Source: Macrostomum lignano
Lineage: Eukaryota
Direction: 5' to 3'
Length of the DNA stretch: 32,719 bases
NCBI GenBank assembly: GCA_002269645.1
Contig: NIVC01002807.1
Coordinates: 1 to 32,719, forward strand
Shown: piece by piece, positions 22,392-32,327 of the stretch
How the letters are laid out: every line of letters begins with the position of its first letter
Position numbering within the stretch: the first letter of the stretch is position 1
Made by a program: the position numbers and the translations under genes
Notes under the pieces: model-generated
Told to the model about the DNA's origin: nothing
The model's database searches: none
The model's input: only the letters and a program-made list of their open reading frames with translations

Positions 22392-25300
22392 CTGCGGCGG
22401 GTGCGGCGCTTTGGCTGATTAGCATTTTGACACATAAATATGAAGGGTGGAAGCCGAGGGGCTGGAGAGGCTGGCAGCTGAGGCACTGGGAGAGGAGAGG
22501 CTGGCAGCTGAGGCACTGGGAGAGGAGAGGCTGGCAGCTGAGGCACTGGGAGAGTAGGGGCTGGCAGTTGAGGCACTGGGAGAGGAGGTTAATCAGAATA
22601 AAAGTGCAGAGCGTCAGGCACAGACCGGAGGCGAAGATGGCACGGCCGCCGGTGTGCTTGTAGGCCTCTTCGGCGGTGCACTCGGCCTGGGAGGTCGGGT
22701 TGCTCAACGCGAACACGATGGGGCGATCGTTGAGCTGCCCCATCTCCTGCAGCAGCTCGGGTGTGAAGGTGCCAGGCACTGCCGCGGCGCCAATGATGCC
22801 AGTGGGCTTGACAAGGCGCACGCACTCCAGCAGGCTCGGCGTGTCCGGCAGGTCCTTGGCGAACTCCTGCTTGTGGCCGGACAGCCCCGACCGCGTCTTG
22901 GTGATCAGACCCTGCCAGGGTTGTCGGGCTGACTCAGTCACTGCTCTAACTCGTAGTAACACTTCTCTACCTGGGAGTGACACTTCTCTACCTGGGAGTG
23001 ACACTTCTCTACCTAGCAGTGACACTTCTCTACCTGGGAGTGACACTTCTCTACCTGGGAGTGACACTTTTCTACCTGGCAGTGACACTTTTCTACCTGG
23101 GAGTGACACTTCTCTACCTGGCAGTGACACTTTTCTACCTGGGAGTGACACTTTTCTACCTGGGAGTGACACTTCTCTACCTGGCAGTGACACTTCTCTA
23201 CCTGGGAGTGACACTTCTCTCACTGAGAGTGACGCTTTTCTAACTGGGAGTGACACTTCTCTAACTGAGAGTGACACCTCTCTAACTGGGAGTGACTCTT
23301 CTCTAACTGGGAGTGACTCTTCTCTAACTGGGAGTGACACTTCTCTAATTCGAAAGGACTTTTCTAATTCGTAGTCACACGTCTCTAAGTCGGAGTGAAA
23401 CTACTCTAATTCGGAGTGACGCCTCTAATTCGGAGTCCAATTCCGAAGATCGGAGTGAGTGACACAAAAATTCAAGGTCAGCGACAATTTTCCAAAGAAT
23501 ACCCAGACTATACAAAACAACAGCAACATCAAAACAAAGTATGCTCACCTTGCTATCCACCATAAAAATCTTCTTAAGTCCCTCCTCCCTCTGCATGCCC
23601 TCCTCCTGCATTGCCTCCAGAATGAGCTTGGCGATGCCAATGTTGGCCTCCCCGGCGCCCTGGAACAGGAACACGTTGTCCGAAACGCGCTTCTTGGTCA
23701 ATCGGACAGCGGCCAGCAGGCCGGCCACGGCCACCGAAGCCGTGCCTGCGGATTTCGGAAGGGTGGCAACAGGTGCTGAGCTGCATTCTACCGTCTCTCC
23801 CTGCATTCTATCGTCTCTCCCTGCATACCTTCGTCTCTCCCTGCATTCTATCGTCTCTCCCTGCATTCTATCGTCTCTCCCTGCATTCTATCGTCTCTCC
23901 CTGCATTCTATCGTCTCCCTGCATTCCACCGTCTCTCCCTGCATTCTATCGTCTCCCTGCATTCCACCGTCTCTCCCTGCATTCCACCGTCTCTCCCTGC
24001 ATTCTACCGTTTCTCCCTGCATTCCATTGTCTCCCTCTGCATTCTATCGTCTCTCCCTGCTTTCTATCGTCTCTCCCTGCATTCTATCGTCTCTCCCTGC
24101 ATTCTATCGTCTCTCCCTGCATTCTATCGTCTCTCCCTGCATTCCTTCGTCTCTCCCTGCATTCTATCGTCTCTCCCTGCATTCCTTCGTCTCTCCCTGC
24201 ATTCTATCGTCTCTCCCTGCATTCCACCGTCTCTCCCTGCATTCTATCGTCTCCCCATGCATTCTATCGTCTCTCCCTGCATTCCACCGTCTCTCCCTGC
24301 ATTCTACCGTCTCTCCCTGCATTCCTTCGTCTCTCCCTGCATTCTATCGTCTCTCCCTGCATTCTATCGTCTCTCCCTGCATTCCACCGTCTCTCCCTGC
24401 ATTCTACCGTCTCTCCCTGCATTCCTTCGTCTCTCCCTGCATTCTATCGTCTCTCCCTGCATTCTATTGTCTCCCTGCATTCCACCGTCTCTCCCTGCAT
24501 TCTATTGTCTCCCTGCATTCTACCGTCTCTCCCTGCATTCTACAGTCTCTCCCTGCATTCCATTTTATCGTCTCTCCCTGCATTCTATCGTCTCTCCCTG
24601 CATTCCACCGTCTCTCCCTGCATTCTACCGTCTCTCCCTGCATTCTATCGTCTCCCCTTGCATTCCACCGTCTCTCCCTGCATTCCACCGTCTCCCCCCA
24701 TGCATTCTACCGTCTCTCCCTGCATTCCATTGTCTCCCTCTGCATTCTATCGTCACCCTCTGCATTCTATCGTCACCCTCTGCATTCTATCGTCACCCTC
24801 TGCATTCTATCGTCACCCTCTGCATTCTATCGTCACCCTCTGCATTCTATCGTCTCTCCCTGCATTCTATCGTCTCTCCCTGCATTCTATCGCCTCCCCT
24901 TGCATTCTACTGCGTCTCACCCTTAACTCTATCGTCTTGCCAACAGTTTTATCTACTCACTCAGCCTTTATTCGATTGTAGCACCCTTTATTCTACCATA
25001 AATCCTTCGGTCATTCTATCTCTTATTCTATCTTTCATTCTAGCCATCATTCTACCCCCTCATCCTAGCCCCTTGAATCGCCCGAGCACTGAATCCTGGA
25101 TCCCAGCCGTCAGCGGCCCAGCCATGCCCTCACCCTGGATGTCATCGTTGAACACGCAATAGTCGTAGCGGTACTTCTCCAAGAATCTGAACGCATTGGC
25201 GTTGCCGAAATCCTCGAACTGCACGAGGCAGCTGCGGCCGTAGGTCCTCACCACGGCTTGCATGAAGGCGTCAATGAATTCATCGTACTCGGCGCCGCGG

Positions 25301-26536
25301 ACCCTCGGCATGCGCAGGCCGCTGTACATAGAGTCGCTGACCAGCTCTTTGCGGTTGCAGCCAACGTCCAGCGCGATGGGCAGGCAGTTGCTGGGGTTGA
25401 CGCCGGCCAGGGCCGTATACAGGCTGAGCTTGCCAACCGGGATGCCCATGCCGTTCGTGCCCAGATCGCCCAGGCCAAGGATGCGCTCGCCGTCTGTCAC
25501 CACGATGGCGCGGATGTCGTTCTCCGGCCAGTTGCGCAGAATTTTATCGATGTTGTCCTTGTCGAATATGGTGATGTACAGCCCGCTGCGGGTTGCGGTT
25601 GCGGAACATTGGGGCTTCAAGGCTAATGGGAAATACCCTCCCATCTGGAGATACCTTCTTATTTCCAGATAGGAGATAGTAGATACCCTCCGATATGGGA
25701 AATACCCCCAGTGTGGGAAAAAACCCTTGATTTGAGAAATACCTTCCGGTATGAGAAACACCCTTCGATCTGGGAAATGCCCTCCGATCTGAAAAATACC
25801 TCCGACATGGGAAATACCCTCCGACATGGGAAATACCCTCCGGCATGGGAAATATCCACCCCCGGTGTGGGAAATACCCTTAGATTTGGGATTACCTTTC
25901 GATATGGGAAATACCCTCGGTGTGGGAAATACCCTTCGATTTGAGGAATACCCTTCGATCTGAGAAATACCCTCCGGCATGGGAAATACCCTCCGGCATG
26001 GGAAATACCCTCCGACGTGAGAAATACCCTCCGATAGAATACAGCAACCGATAGGAAAGACACAGAGTCGCAGTGAAAGCAACAAATTCAGAAAAATCCG
26101 CTAGCTCAACCAACCGCGGCCGGCGAAAGATGTGGCCGAACTTCTGGCAGGCGAGGCCAACGGTGGGCGTGTAAATGAGCGGCATGGCCTCTTCAACGCT
26201 CTCGGACAGATAACGATAGAACAGCCGCTCGTTTCTGTCCTGCAGAGACATCAAGTAGATGTACTTATTCAGCGGATCCTCGTAGCGCTGCAGGTTGTAG
26301 CGAATGCGCTCCAGCTGGCTCTCCTGGGTCTTCACTGAGGGCGGCAGCAGGCCGTGGATGTTGAGCACCTGGCGTTCGCGCAGAGTGAAGGCCTGGCCGC
26401 GGTTGGTGCGCGGGTCTCGCAGCACGTCGATGCCGCGGGCCCGCCTGGCCAGGCTGGCGAACGGGTCGTGGGTGGCGGATTTTCGGCCGGGGCCGCTGAG
26501 TGCGCGCCGGCTCAGGTGGCTGACAATGGACTGCAT
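21985..26536 (-). CDS. ME1: Malic enzyme (malate dehydrogenase, oxaloacetate-decarboxylating), NADP-type signature, 5 exons, 587 aa
   Basis: Exons 26536-26115, 25585-25134, 23745-23549, 22911-22626, 22391-21985 total 1764 nt; all introns GT-AG with matching phases (2,1,0,1). Motifs [70 protein letters not shown]. Symbol is family-level (ME1/ME3-like). Confidence 0.96.
22464..22588. repeat. Intron-4 minisatellite, 30 bp GGCTGGCAGCTGAGGCACTGGGAGAGGAGA x4
   Basis: Unit starts at 22469, 22499, 22529, 22559. Confidence 0.95.
22626..22911 (-). CDS. ME1: Malic enzyme exon 4 (GLITKTR...AIFASG)
   Basis: TGGCAG| acceptor and G|GTCTGT donor. Confidence 0.92.
22955..23460. repeat. Intron-3 minisatellite, 21 bp CTCTACCTGGGAGTGACACTT, ~18 copies then degenerating
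   Basis: Units read directly; grades into CTCTAATTCGGAGTGA variants. Confidence 0.95.
23549..23745 (-). CDS. ME1: Malic enzyme exon 3 (TASVAVAG...MVDSK)
   Basis: CCGCAG| acceptor and AAG|GTGAGC donor. Confidence 0.95.
23781..24920. repeat. Intron-2 minisatellite, ~20 bp CTGCATTCTATCGTCTCTCC, ~55-60 copies
   Basis: Units read directly. Confidence 0.97.
25134..25585 (-). CDS. ME1: Malic enzyme exon 2 (GLYITIFD...FNDDIQG)
   Basis: CCGCAG| acceptor and G|GTGAGG donor. Confidence 0.95.
25627..26035. repeat. Intron-1 degenerate minisatellite, ~19-20 bp GGGAAATACCCTCCGACAT
   Basis: Recurrent GAAATACCCTC core. Confidence 0.9.
26115..26536 (-). CDS. ME1: Malic enzyme exon 1 (MQSIVSH...HIFRRPR)
   Basis: Ends CG|GTTGGT; contains [23 protein letters not shown]. 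The start Met choice is less certain than the exon. Confidence 0.88.
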
Positions 26537-27043
26537 TACTGCACTGCTGCTGCTGCGGGCATGCGGTGATTCTAGGCAGGTAAGCCAGGCGAGCTGTCTA
26601 TATTTGAAAAGTACATTTACAAATGGTACTTCACTATAGTATTGACAATAATATTTGCATGAAGGCTGCGGGCCAGCGCCAATATTGTTCGCAGGCACAC
26701 ACTCCTACACACGCTCACGCAAGATGTACAGTGGCCCGAACTTTATAATAGAAGGCTTCTAATAATAATGCTTCTAATTTCTAATAAAGGCAAGGTTAAG
26801 ATCCCAATACCTAATCTTAATCTTAGTAAAGTATCCTAAGATCTTAGATATAATTGGCTACAACTCTCTATTTTGGCCAAGAGTCAAACTGTGCTAGATA
26901 CTAGATAGTTTTCAAGATTTAAAAGCATACTAGACACTAAAATAGCCTAACTGATAAGTATATGGTATACACTTATCAGCCTATAGTTAGGCCTATGCCA
27001 AGCATTTTTTCTATGCCAAAGATTGCTACCTATTGAAACAATG

Positions 27044-27486
27044 CAGTGGCGGCGCAGTATCTCTAGTTGGGGGGGGGCAGTAGTTAGGTGGTCACCCCCT
27101 TCCCCTACCAATCAAAATTAAACAAAAAACATTTGGATTTGTTTTTCAAACACAAATTTTCTAATAAAGTAAAAATTATGAACAAATTATGATACACTTC
27201 CGACAAAATGAATGTGCAACATGAAAATTCTTATAAAAATGCATTTTTAATCATTGATGCAAGTTACATAGAAGGGGGTGACCATCTGCCCTCCCTTCCT
27301 AGGGTGTTTTTAAGGGCTGTGGAGATGGTGAGGTGGTCACCCCCTTGAGGCAGTGACCTGTGGTTACCCAGGGGCAGCTGCCCCCCACCCCCTTTGTGTC
27401 CCCCCCCCTATTGGAATAAGTTTCAAAAACCAGCGGACATGCGACACGGGTGCCAAAATTGTGCCCCCCCCCCTGCGCTACCACTG
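27044..27486. mobile_element. Non-autonomous hAT-superfamily DNA transposon (MITE), 443 bp
   Basis: TIRs CAGTGGCGGCGCAG / CTGCGCTACCACTG (12/14); perfect 8-bp TSD AAACAATG at 27036-27043 and 27487-27494; subterminal G/C runs; internal 16-mer AGGTGGTCACCCCCTT twice direct (27086, 27331) and once inverted (27272-27287). Confidence 0.9.
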
Positions 27487-29472
27487 AAACAATGCTTGGT
27501 TACAGTAGAATAGGCTTAGGATCACTAATAAATAGACAATTATTAAAAATAGCATTATAAATTTTTCTAGAAAATAGTTAAAAGATATTAGCATATTATT
27601 ATTATAGTAATAATTAACTCTTATTTAGAAATTAAAACTTAAAAAATTGAATTCCTTGTTCAATTCTAAGCAAATGAATGATATTATAATAGCCTCTAAG
27701 CTTGCAAACACCAATTGATAAATAAGGATATCAGGATGTTGATAAAAATATTTATTTACACTTGAATTTTCATGGGGGTCTAGGCCTAGTTGTTAAGTGG
27801 GAATTTGTATTTATTTATTATACTAAGAAAAGCAATAGTCAAGCCAGTATTTTGGAGGGGATAGTGCGCCAGTGTTTGACAGTATGCTGTGTACATTCAA
27901 ATAGACTAAAAATCTAGAAGAGAGCAAATAGTGGCTATCATGTGAATAATAGACGAATAGTGTGATAGGCCACCCTCTCCTGGCTGCGCTACTTGTACTA
28001 AGCGTTTTCAATCAGTAGGACAGTATAGAAAAGTAAGTGAAACATTGCTGTCAGTTGAAAATTAACTAATGAATTTAGTTGCATACAAAAAAGCTGCTGG
28101 GTGAGAGCTGGCTATGAAAGAAGAAAAGTACGAGCACTTAGGGAGACTAGAAAGAAATTTGTGGAGGTCGGAGGATTTAGCTAGATCCAACAATTGCAAA
28201 GACGGTGAAAATGCTTTTGGCCCCAGCTGAGGGGCGATGCCCCCCCCTTGGTCCTGCCTCTATTCGCCAATGCACTGATTAAACATGTTGAACATGTAAG
28301 GAAAGGTCGATGTTACGAGCTAGTTTTTATTGCTAAAGCAGACTTTCTTGCAAAATACGAAAGTTAAAAACTTCATCGTATAACGTTTGTTTTAGTTAAA
28401 CAAATACAATTGTATAAAAGTTGAACAGAAAAAAATAATCTTTTCTTTATCTAATTTTTTTAAAAATTAACTCAACAAGCATATATTCTTTATATGATTT
28501 ACAATATAAAGATAAATCATTAGCTTGACACGAAAACCCAAATTTGAAGTTTTTAATTTCTTCGAAAGGTTATCTTTCAGATTAACTTGATACATTGCTC
28601 ATCGATCATGGTGGCTGCATGTCAAAGTGGTAATGTCAAAATGATTACAAATATTTCATGGACGTCTTGAATAAAATAAGGAGCCTCGTCTAATTTATCC
28701 TGCTTCTGAATACTAATAAATGTGTATATTGATATATTAATATATATTATATATTATCAATGTTAATGCTATGAAGCTGAGGTCAAGCTGACTCAGCTGA
28801 GGTATCAGCTGAGGTCAAGAATATGCCTGGTCTCTCAAACAGAAAAGCATCCCTCAAACAGTGCCTGGCCCCACCTCAAATTCACTAGCTAATTTTACTT
28901 CAATTTTACTTTGGGCTGCCAGTATTACAGCAGTTGTTAAGCAGTAGCAAACCTAGAAATATTTTTTTAATATTGCAATTGCAACTAACAAACTAGATAA
29001 TTATCATTATTCATGATGTTTATAACCTCATGATGTGATTTAAGAATTAATAAATACTAAGGGTTTCCTATATTAATGCATTTCAAACAATGCTATTCTA
29101 ATAGCTATACAGAAAAAAAACTATAAATCTCTTTAGAAAAAACTTTTTTATTTTGTGCCCTAAATAATTGACTCATAGTTGTGTCAATGAGAATCTTGAC
29201 TGGCATAAACATTTAATCTTTTAGTTCACAAAGGCCTAACATTTCCATACATTTACTAGAATTTATTTAATCATATAGCTCTAAACAGAAAGTTTTTTTG
29301 TGTTGCTAACATACTAATTAATAAAATTTTCTTAACATTAACTCCTTCATTTGCCTAAGCTGATAGAGACAAAAATGTAGAGACATTATAGAGACATGGT
29401 ATAAATTTTATCCTTGCAGCTTGCATCTTACATTCAATAAAGTTTTTTAAAATAATTAAGTTTATTTGCTGC

Positions 29473-30117
29473 ATGCGTGCGGCAAAGCTCATTCTAGTGG
29501 CCATAGTGCCAATCGCTCTGTGCCTGCAGCTGCAGCGAGTGCTCCTGTCTGCTCAGCCTGCCATTGATGAGGCGCTGCTTCACACCGTGGCCAGGAAGCA
29601 CGCGGTGCAGCTGCTCAGCATCGAGCGGGCCTACAAAGCTGTGGTGACCGATCTCGAGGCCAATTTCCCAGCTGTGAGATTCCTGCCTCCGGAGCGGCGA
29701 GAATGGATCTTCATCAACGCTGGAGGCTGGATGGGGGCCGTACACCTGTTGTACGCCTCCTTCACCGAGTACGTGCTGCTGTTTGGCACCGCTGTGGACA
29801 CCAGCGGCCACTCCGGACGCTACTTTGCCAACGTGTCCGACACGCTTCTGTCCGGCAGCTTCGTCCAGTGGAAGGAGGGCAGTTTGGACACGAACAGCTA
29901 CAAGGCTGGGGACACCGTGTACCACACTTGGGGCGAGGCCACTGCTGTACAGTGGTCTGGCGGCACCTGGATGGTCGAATATGGCCGCGGCCTGCTGCCA
30001 ACCACCCTGCCGTTCGCGCTGGCTGACTCTGTGTTTTCCACTCTTGACTGGTACTCTGCTTATAAGCTTGTGCGGCTGTACTGCTTGGCACTACTACGTT
30101 GCTATGGGCTGATGTAG
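29473..30117 (+). CDS. SIGMAR1: Sigma non-opioid intracellular receptor 1 / ERG2-family protein, 214 aa, intronless
   Basis: N-terminal hydrophobic helix; WIFINAGGWMG, EYVLLFGTA, GHSGRY, VSDTLLSG, GEATAVQW, WMVEYGRG, LPFALADSVFST match SIGMAR1, including equivalents of Asp126 and Glu172. Confidence 0.96.
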   Translation: MRAAKLILVAIVPIALCLQLQRVLLSAQPAIDEALLHTVARKHAVQLLSIERAYKAVVTDLEANFPAVRFLPPERREWIFINAGGWMGAVHLLYASFTEYVLLFGTAVDTSGHSGRYFANVSDTLLSGSFVQWKEGSLDTNSYKAGDTVYHTWGEATAVQWSGGTWMVEYGRGLLPTTLPFALADSVFSTLDWYSAYKLVRLYCLALLRCYGLM

Positions 30118-30995
30118 CTAATAGCTGATGCGTTGCTATTGGCTGATGTAGCTAATGGCTGATGCGTTGCTATGGGCTGATGTAGCCAATAGCTAATGCG
30201 TTGCTATGGGCTGATGTAGCCAATAGCTGATGGGTTGCTATGAGCTGATGTAGCTAATAGCTGATGGGTTGCTATGTGCTATGTAGCTAATAGCTGTTGG
30301 GTTGCTATGGGCTGATGTAGCCAATAGCTAATGCGTTGCTATGGCTGATGTAGCCAATAGCTGATGGGTTGCTATGAGCTGATGTAGCTAATAGCTGATG
30401 GGTTGCTATGGGCTGATGTAGCTAATAGCTGATGGGTTGCTATGTGCTATGTAGCTAATAGCTGATGGGTTGCTATGGGCTGATGTAGCTAATAGCTGAT
30501 GGGTTGCTATGGCTGATGTAGCCAATAGCTAATGCGTTGCTATGGGCTGATGTAGCCAATAGCTGATGGGTTGCTATGAGCTGATGTAGCTAATAGCTGA
30601 TGGGTTGCTGTGGGCTGATGTAGCCAATAGCTAATGCGTTGCTATGGGCTGATGTAGCCAATAGCTGATGGGTTGCTATGGGCTGATGTAGCTAATAGCT
30701 GATGGGTTGCTATGTGCTATGTAGCTAATAGCTGATGGGTTGCTATGGGCTGATGTAGCTAATAGCTGATGGTTGCTATGGGCTGATGTAGCTAATAGCT
30801 GATGGGTTGCTATGTGCTATGTAGCTAATAGCTGATGGGTTGCTATGGGCTGATGTAGCTTATAGCTGATGCGTTGCTATGGGCTGATGTAGCTAATAGC
30901 TGATGGGTTGCTATGTGCTATGTAGCTAATAGCTGATGGGTTGCTATGGGCTGATGTAGCTAATAGCTGATGCGTTGCTATGGGCTCATGTAGCT
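30097..30995. repeat. Minisatellite, 34 bp GCTATGGGCTGATGTAGC(C/T)AATAGCTGATGGGTT, array 1 (~26 copies), overlapping the SIGMAR1 stop
   Basis: Units read directly; the first unit begins inside the CDS. Confidence 0.97.
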
Positions 30996-31397
30996 GCTAG
31001 TAATAACAGCGAACAGTAAGTAGGCAGTAATTATAAAACTTATTTTATTGCTTATTCTATAGATGGATTATCTGATATGAGCTGCAATAACTCTTACACA
31101 AAGTTAATCAATTTGCCAAAATTAGTCCATTTTTCTATAAAAATTCCCAATCATTGATGGTACTGACTGAACATGATGTAATTCAATATATTTCATTCAC
31201 AGTCATATTAATCCCGTTTTAGTAGTTATGAAACATATTATACATTTCGGTTGCAGTGCTGGTGAAATGCTTTGCAGTACATTTGGCTGATTGACTATTT
31301 TACAATCTAGCAACTTCCAATTGTAGCTTGATTTAAAACTCTTACAATATATATTGACACTATGCATTATTTCCATTGTTAAAATTGAACATATAAC

Positions 31398-32307
31398 ATT
31401 GCAGGTTTTCTCAGTTCAATTCAATCTCATTTCTCAGAAGCCGTTCCACAGGGACTTCGAGACGATGTGGGTCAATAGCTGTAGCCAATGTAGCCAATAG
31501 CTGATGGGTTGCTATGGGCTGATGTAGCTAATAGCTGATGGGTTGCTATGGGCTGATGTAGCCAATAGCTGATGGGTTGCTATGGGCTGATGTAGCCAAT
31601 AGCTGATAGGTTGCTATGGGCTGATGTAGCTAATAGCTGATGGGTTGCTATGGGCTGATGTAGCCAATAGCTGATGGGTTGCTATGGGCTGATGTAGCCA
31701 ATAGCTGATAGGTTGCTATGGGCTGATGTAGCTAATAGCTGATGGGTTGCTATGGGCTGATGTAGCTAATAGCTGATGGGTTGCTATGGGCTGATGTAGC
31801 CAATAGCTGATGGGTTGCTATGGGCTGATGTAGCCAATAGCTGATGGGTTGCTATGGGCTGATGTAGCCAATAGCTGATGGGTTGCTATGGGCTGATGTA
31901 GCTAATAGCTGATGGGTTGCTATGGGCTGATGTAGCCAATAGCTGATGGGTTGCTATGGGCTGATGTAGCCAATAGCTGATGGGTTGCTATGGGCTGATG
32001 TAGCCAATAGCTGATGGGTTGCTATGGCTGATGTAGCTAATAGCTGATGGGTTGCTATGGGCTGATGTAGCAATAGCTGATGGGTTGCTATGGGCTGATG
32101 TAGCAATAGCTGATGGTTGCTATGGGCTGATGTAGCCAATAGCTGATGGGTTGCTATGGGCTGATGTAGCTAATAGCTGATGCGTTGCTATGGGCTGATG
32201 TAGCTAATAGCTGATGCGTTGCTATGGGCTCATGTAGCCAATAGCTAATGGGCTCAGTAATAGCTCACGTTGATTGCAGGCTTTCTCAGTTCAATTCAAT
32301 CTCATTT
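31398..32307. repeat. 35-bp direct repeat pair ATTGCAGG(T/C)TTTCTCAGTTCAATTCAATCTCATTT bracketing array 2
   Basis: Copies at 31398-31432 and 32273-32307, one mismatch. Confidence 0.92.
31473..32266. repeat. Same 34 bp minisatellite, array 2 (~23 copies)
   Basis: Same unit and orientation as array 1. Confidence 0.97.
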
Positions 32308-32327
32308 TGTTTATTGATTAAACTCAT

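Noticed and set aside
22912-23340. SLPGREV repeat as the N-terminal domain of the 451-aa ORF
   Set aside because: It lies in intron 3; splicing 23549 to 22911 restores the conserved VDSK-GLI motif.
23541-26085. ORFs 23541-24926, 23773-24981, 24257-25162 and the N-terminal part of 25060-26085
   Set aside because: Read-through of intron 1 and intron 2 satellites.
26537-26698. Upstream Met (MPANNIG...) as the malic enzyme start
   Set aside because: AT-rich, non-coding-like codons with no family similarity; Met at 26536 gives a normal length and a presequence-like N-terminus. Not fully excluded.
26727-26745. TA-CAGTGG as a Tc1/mariner left end
   Set aside because: No matching CCACTG-TA right end found.
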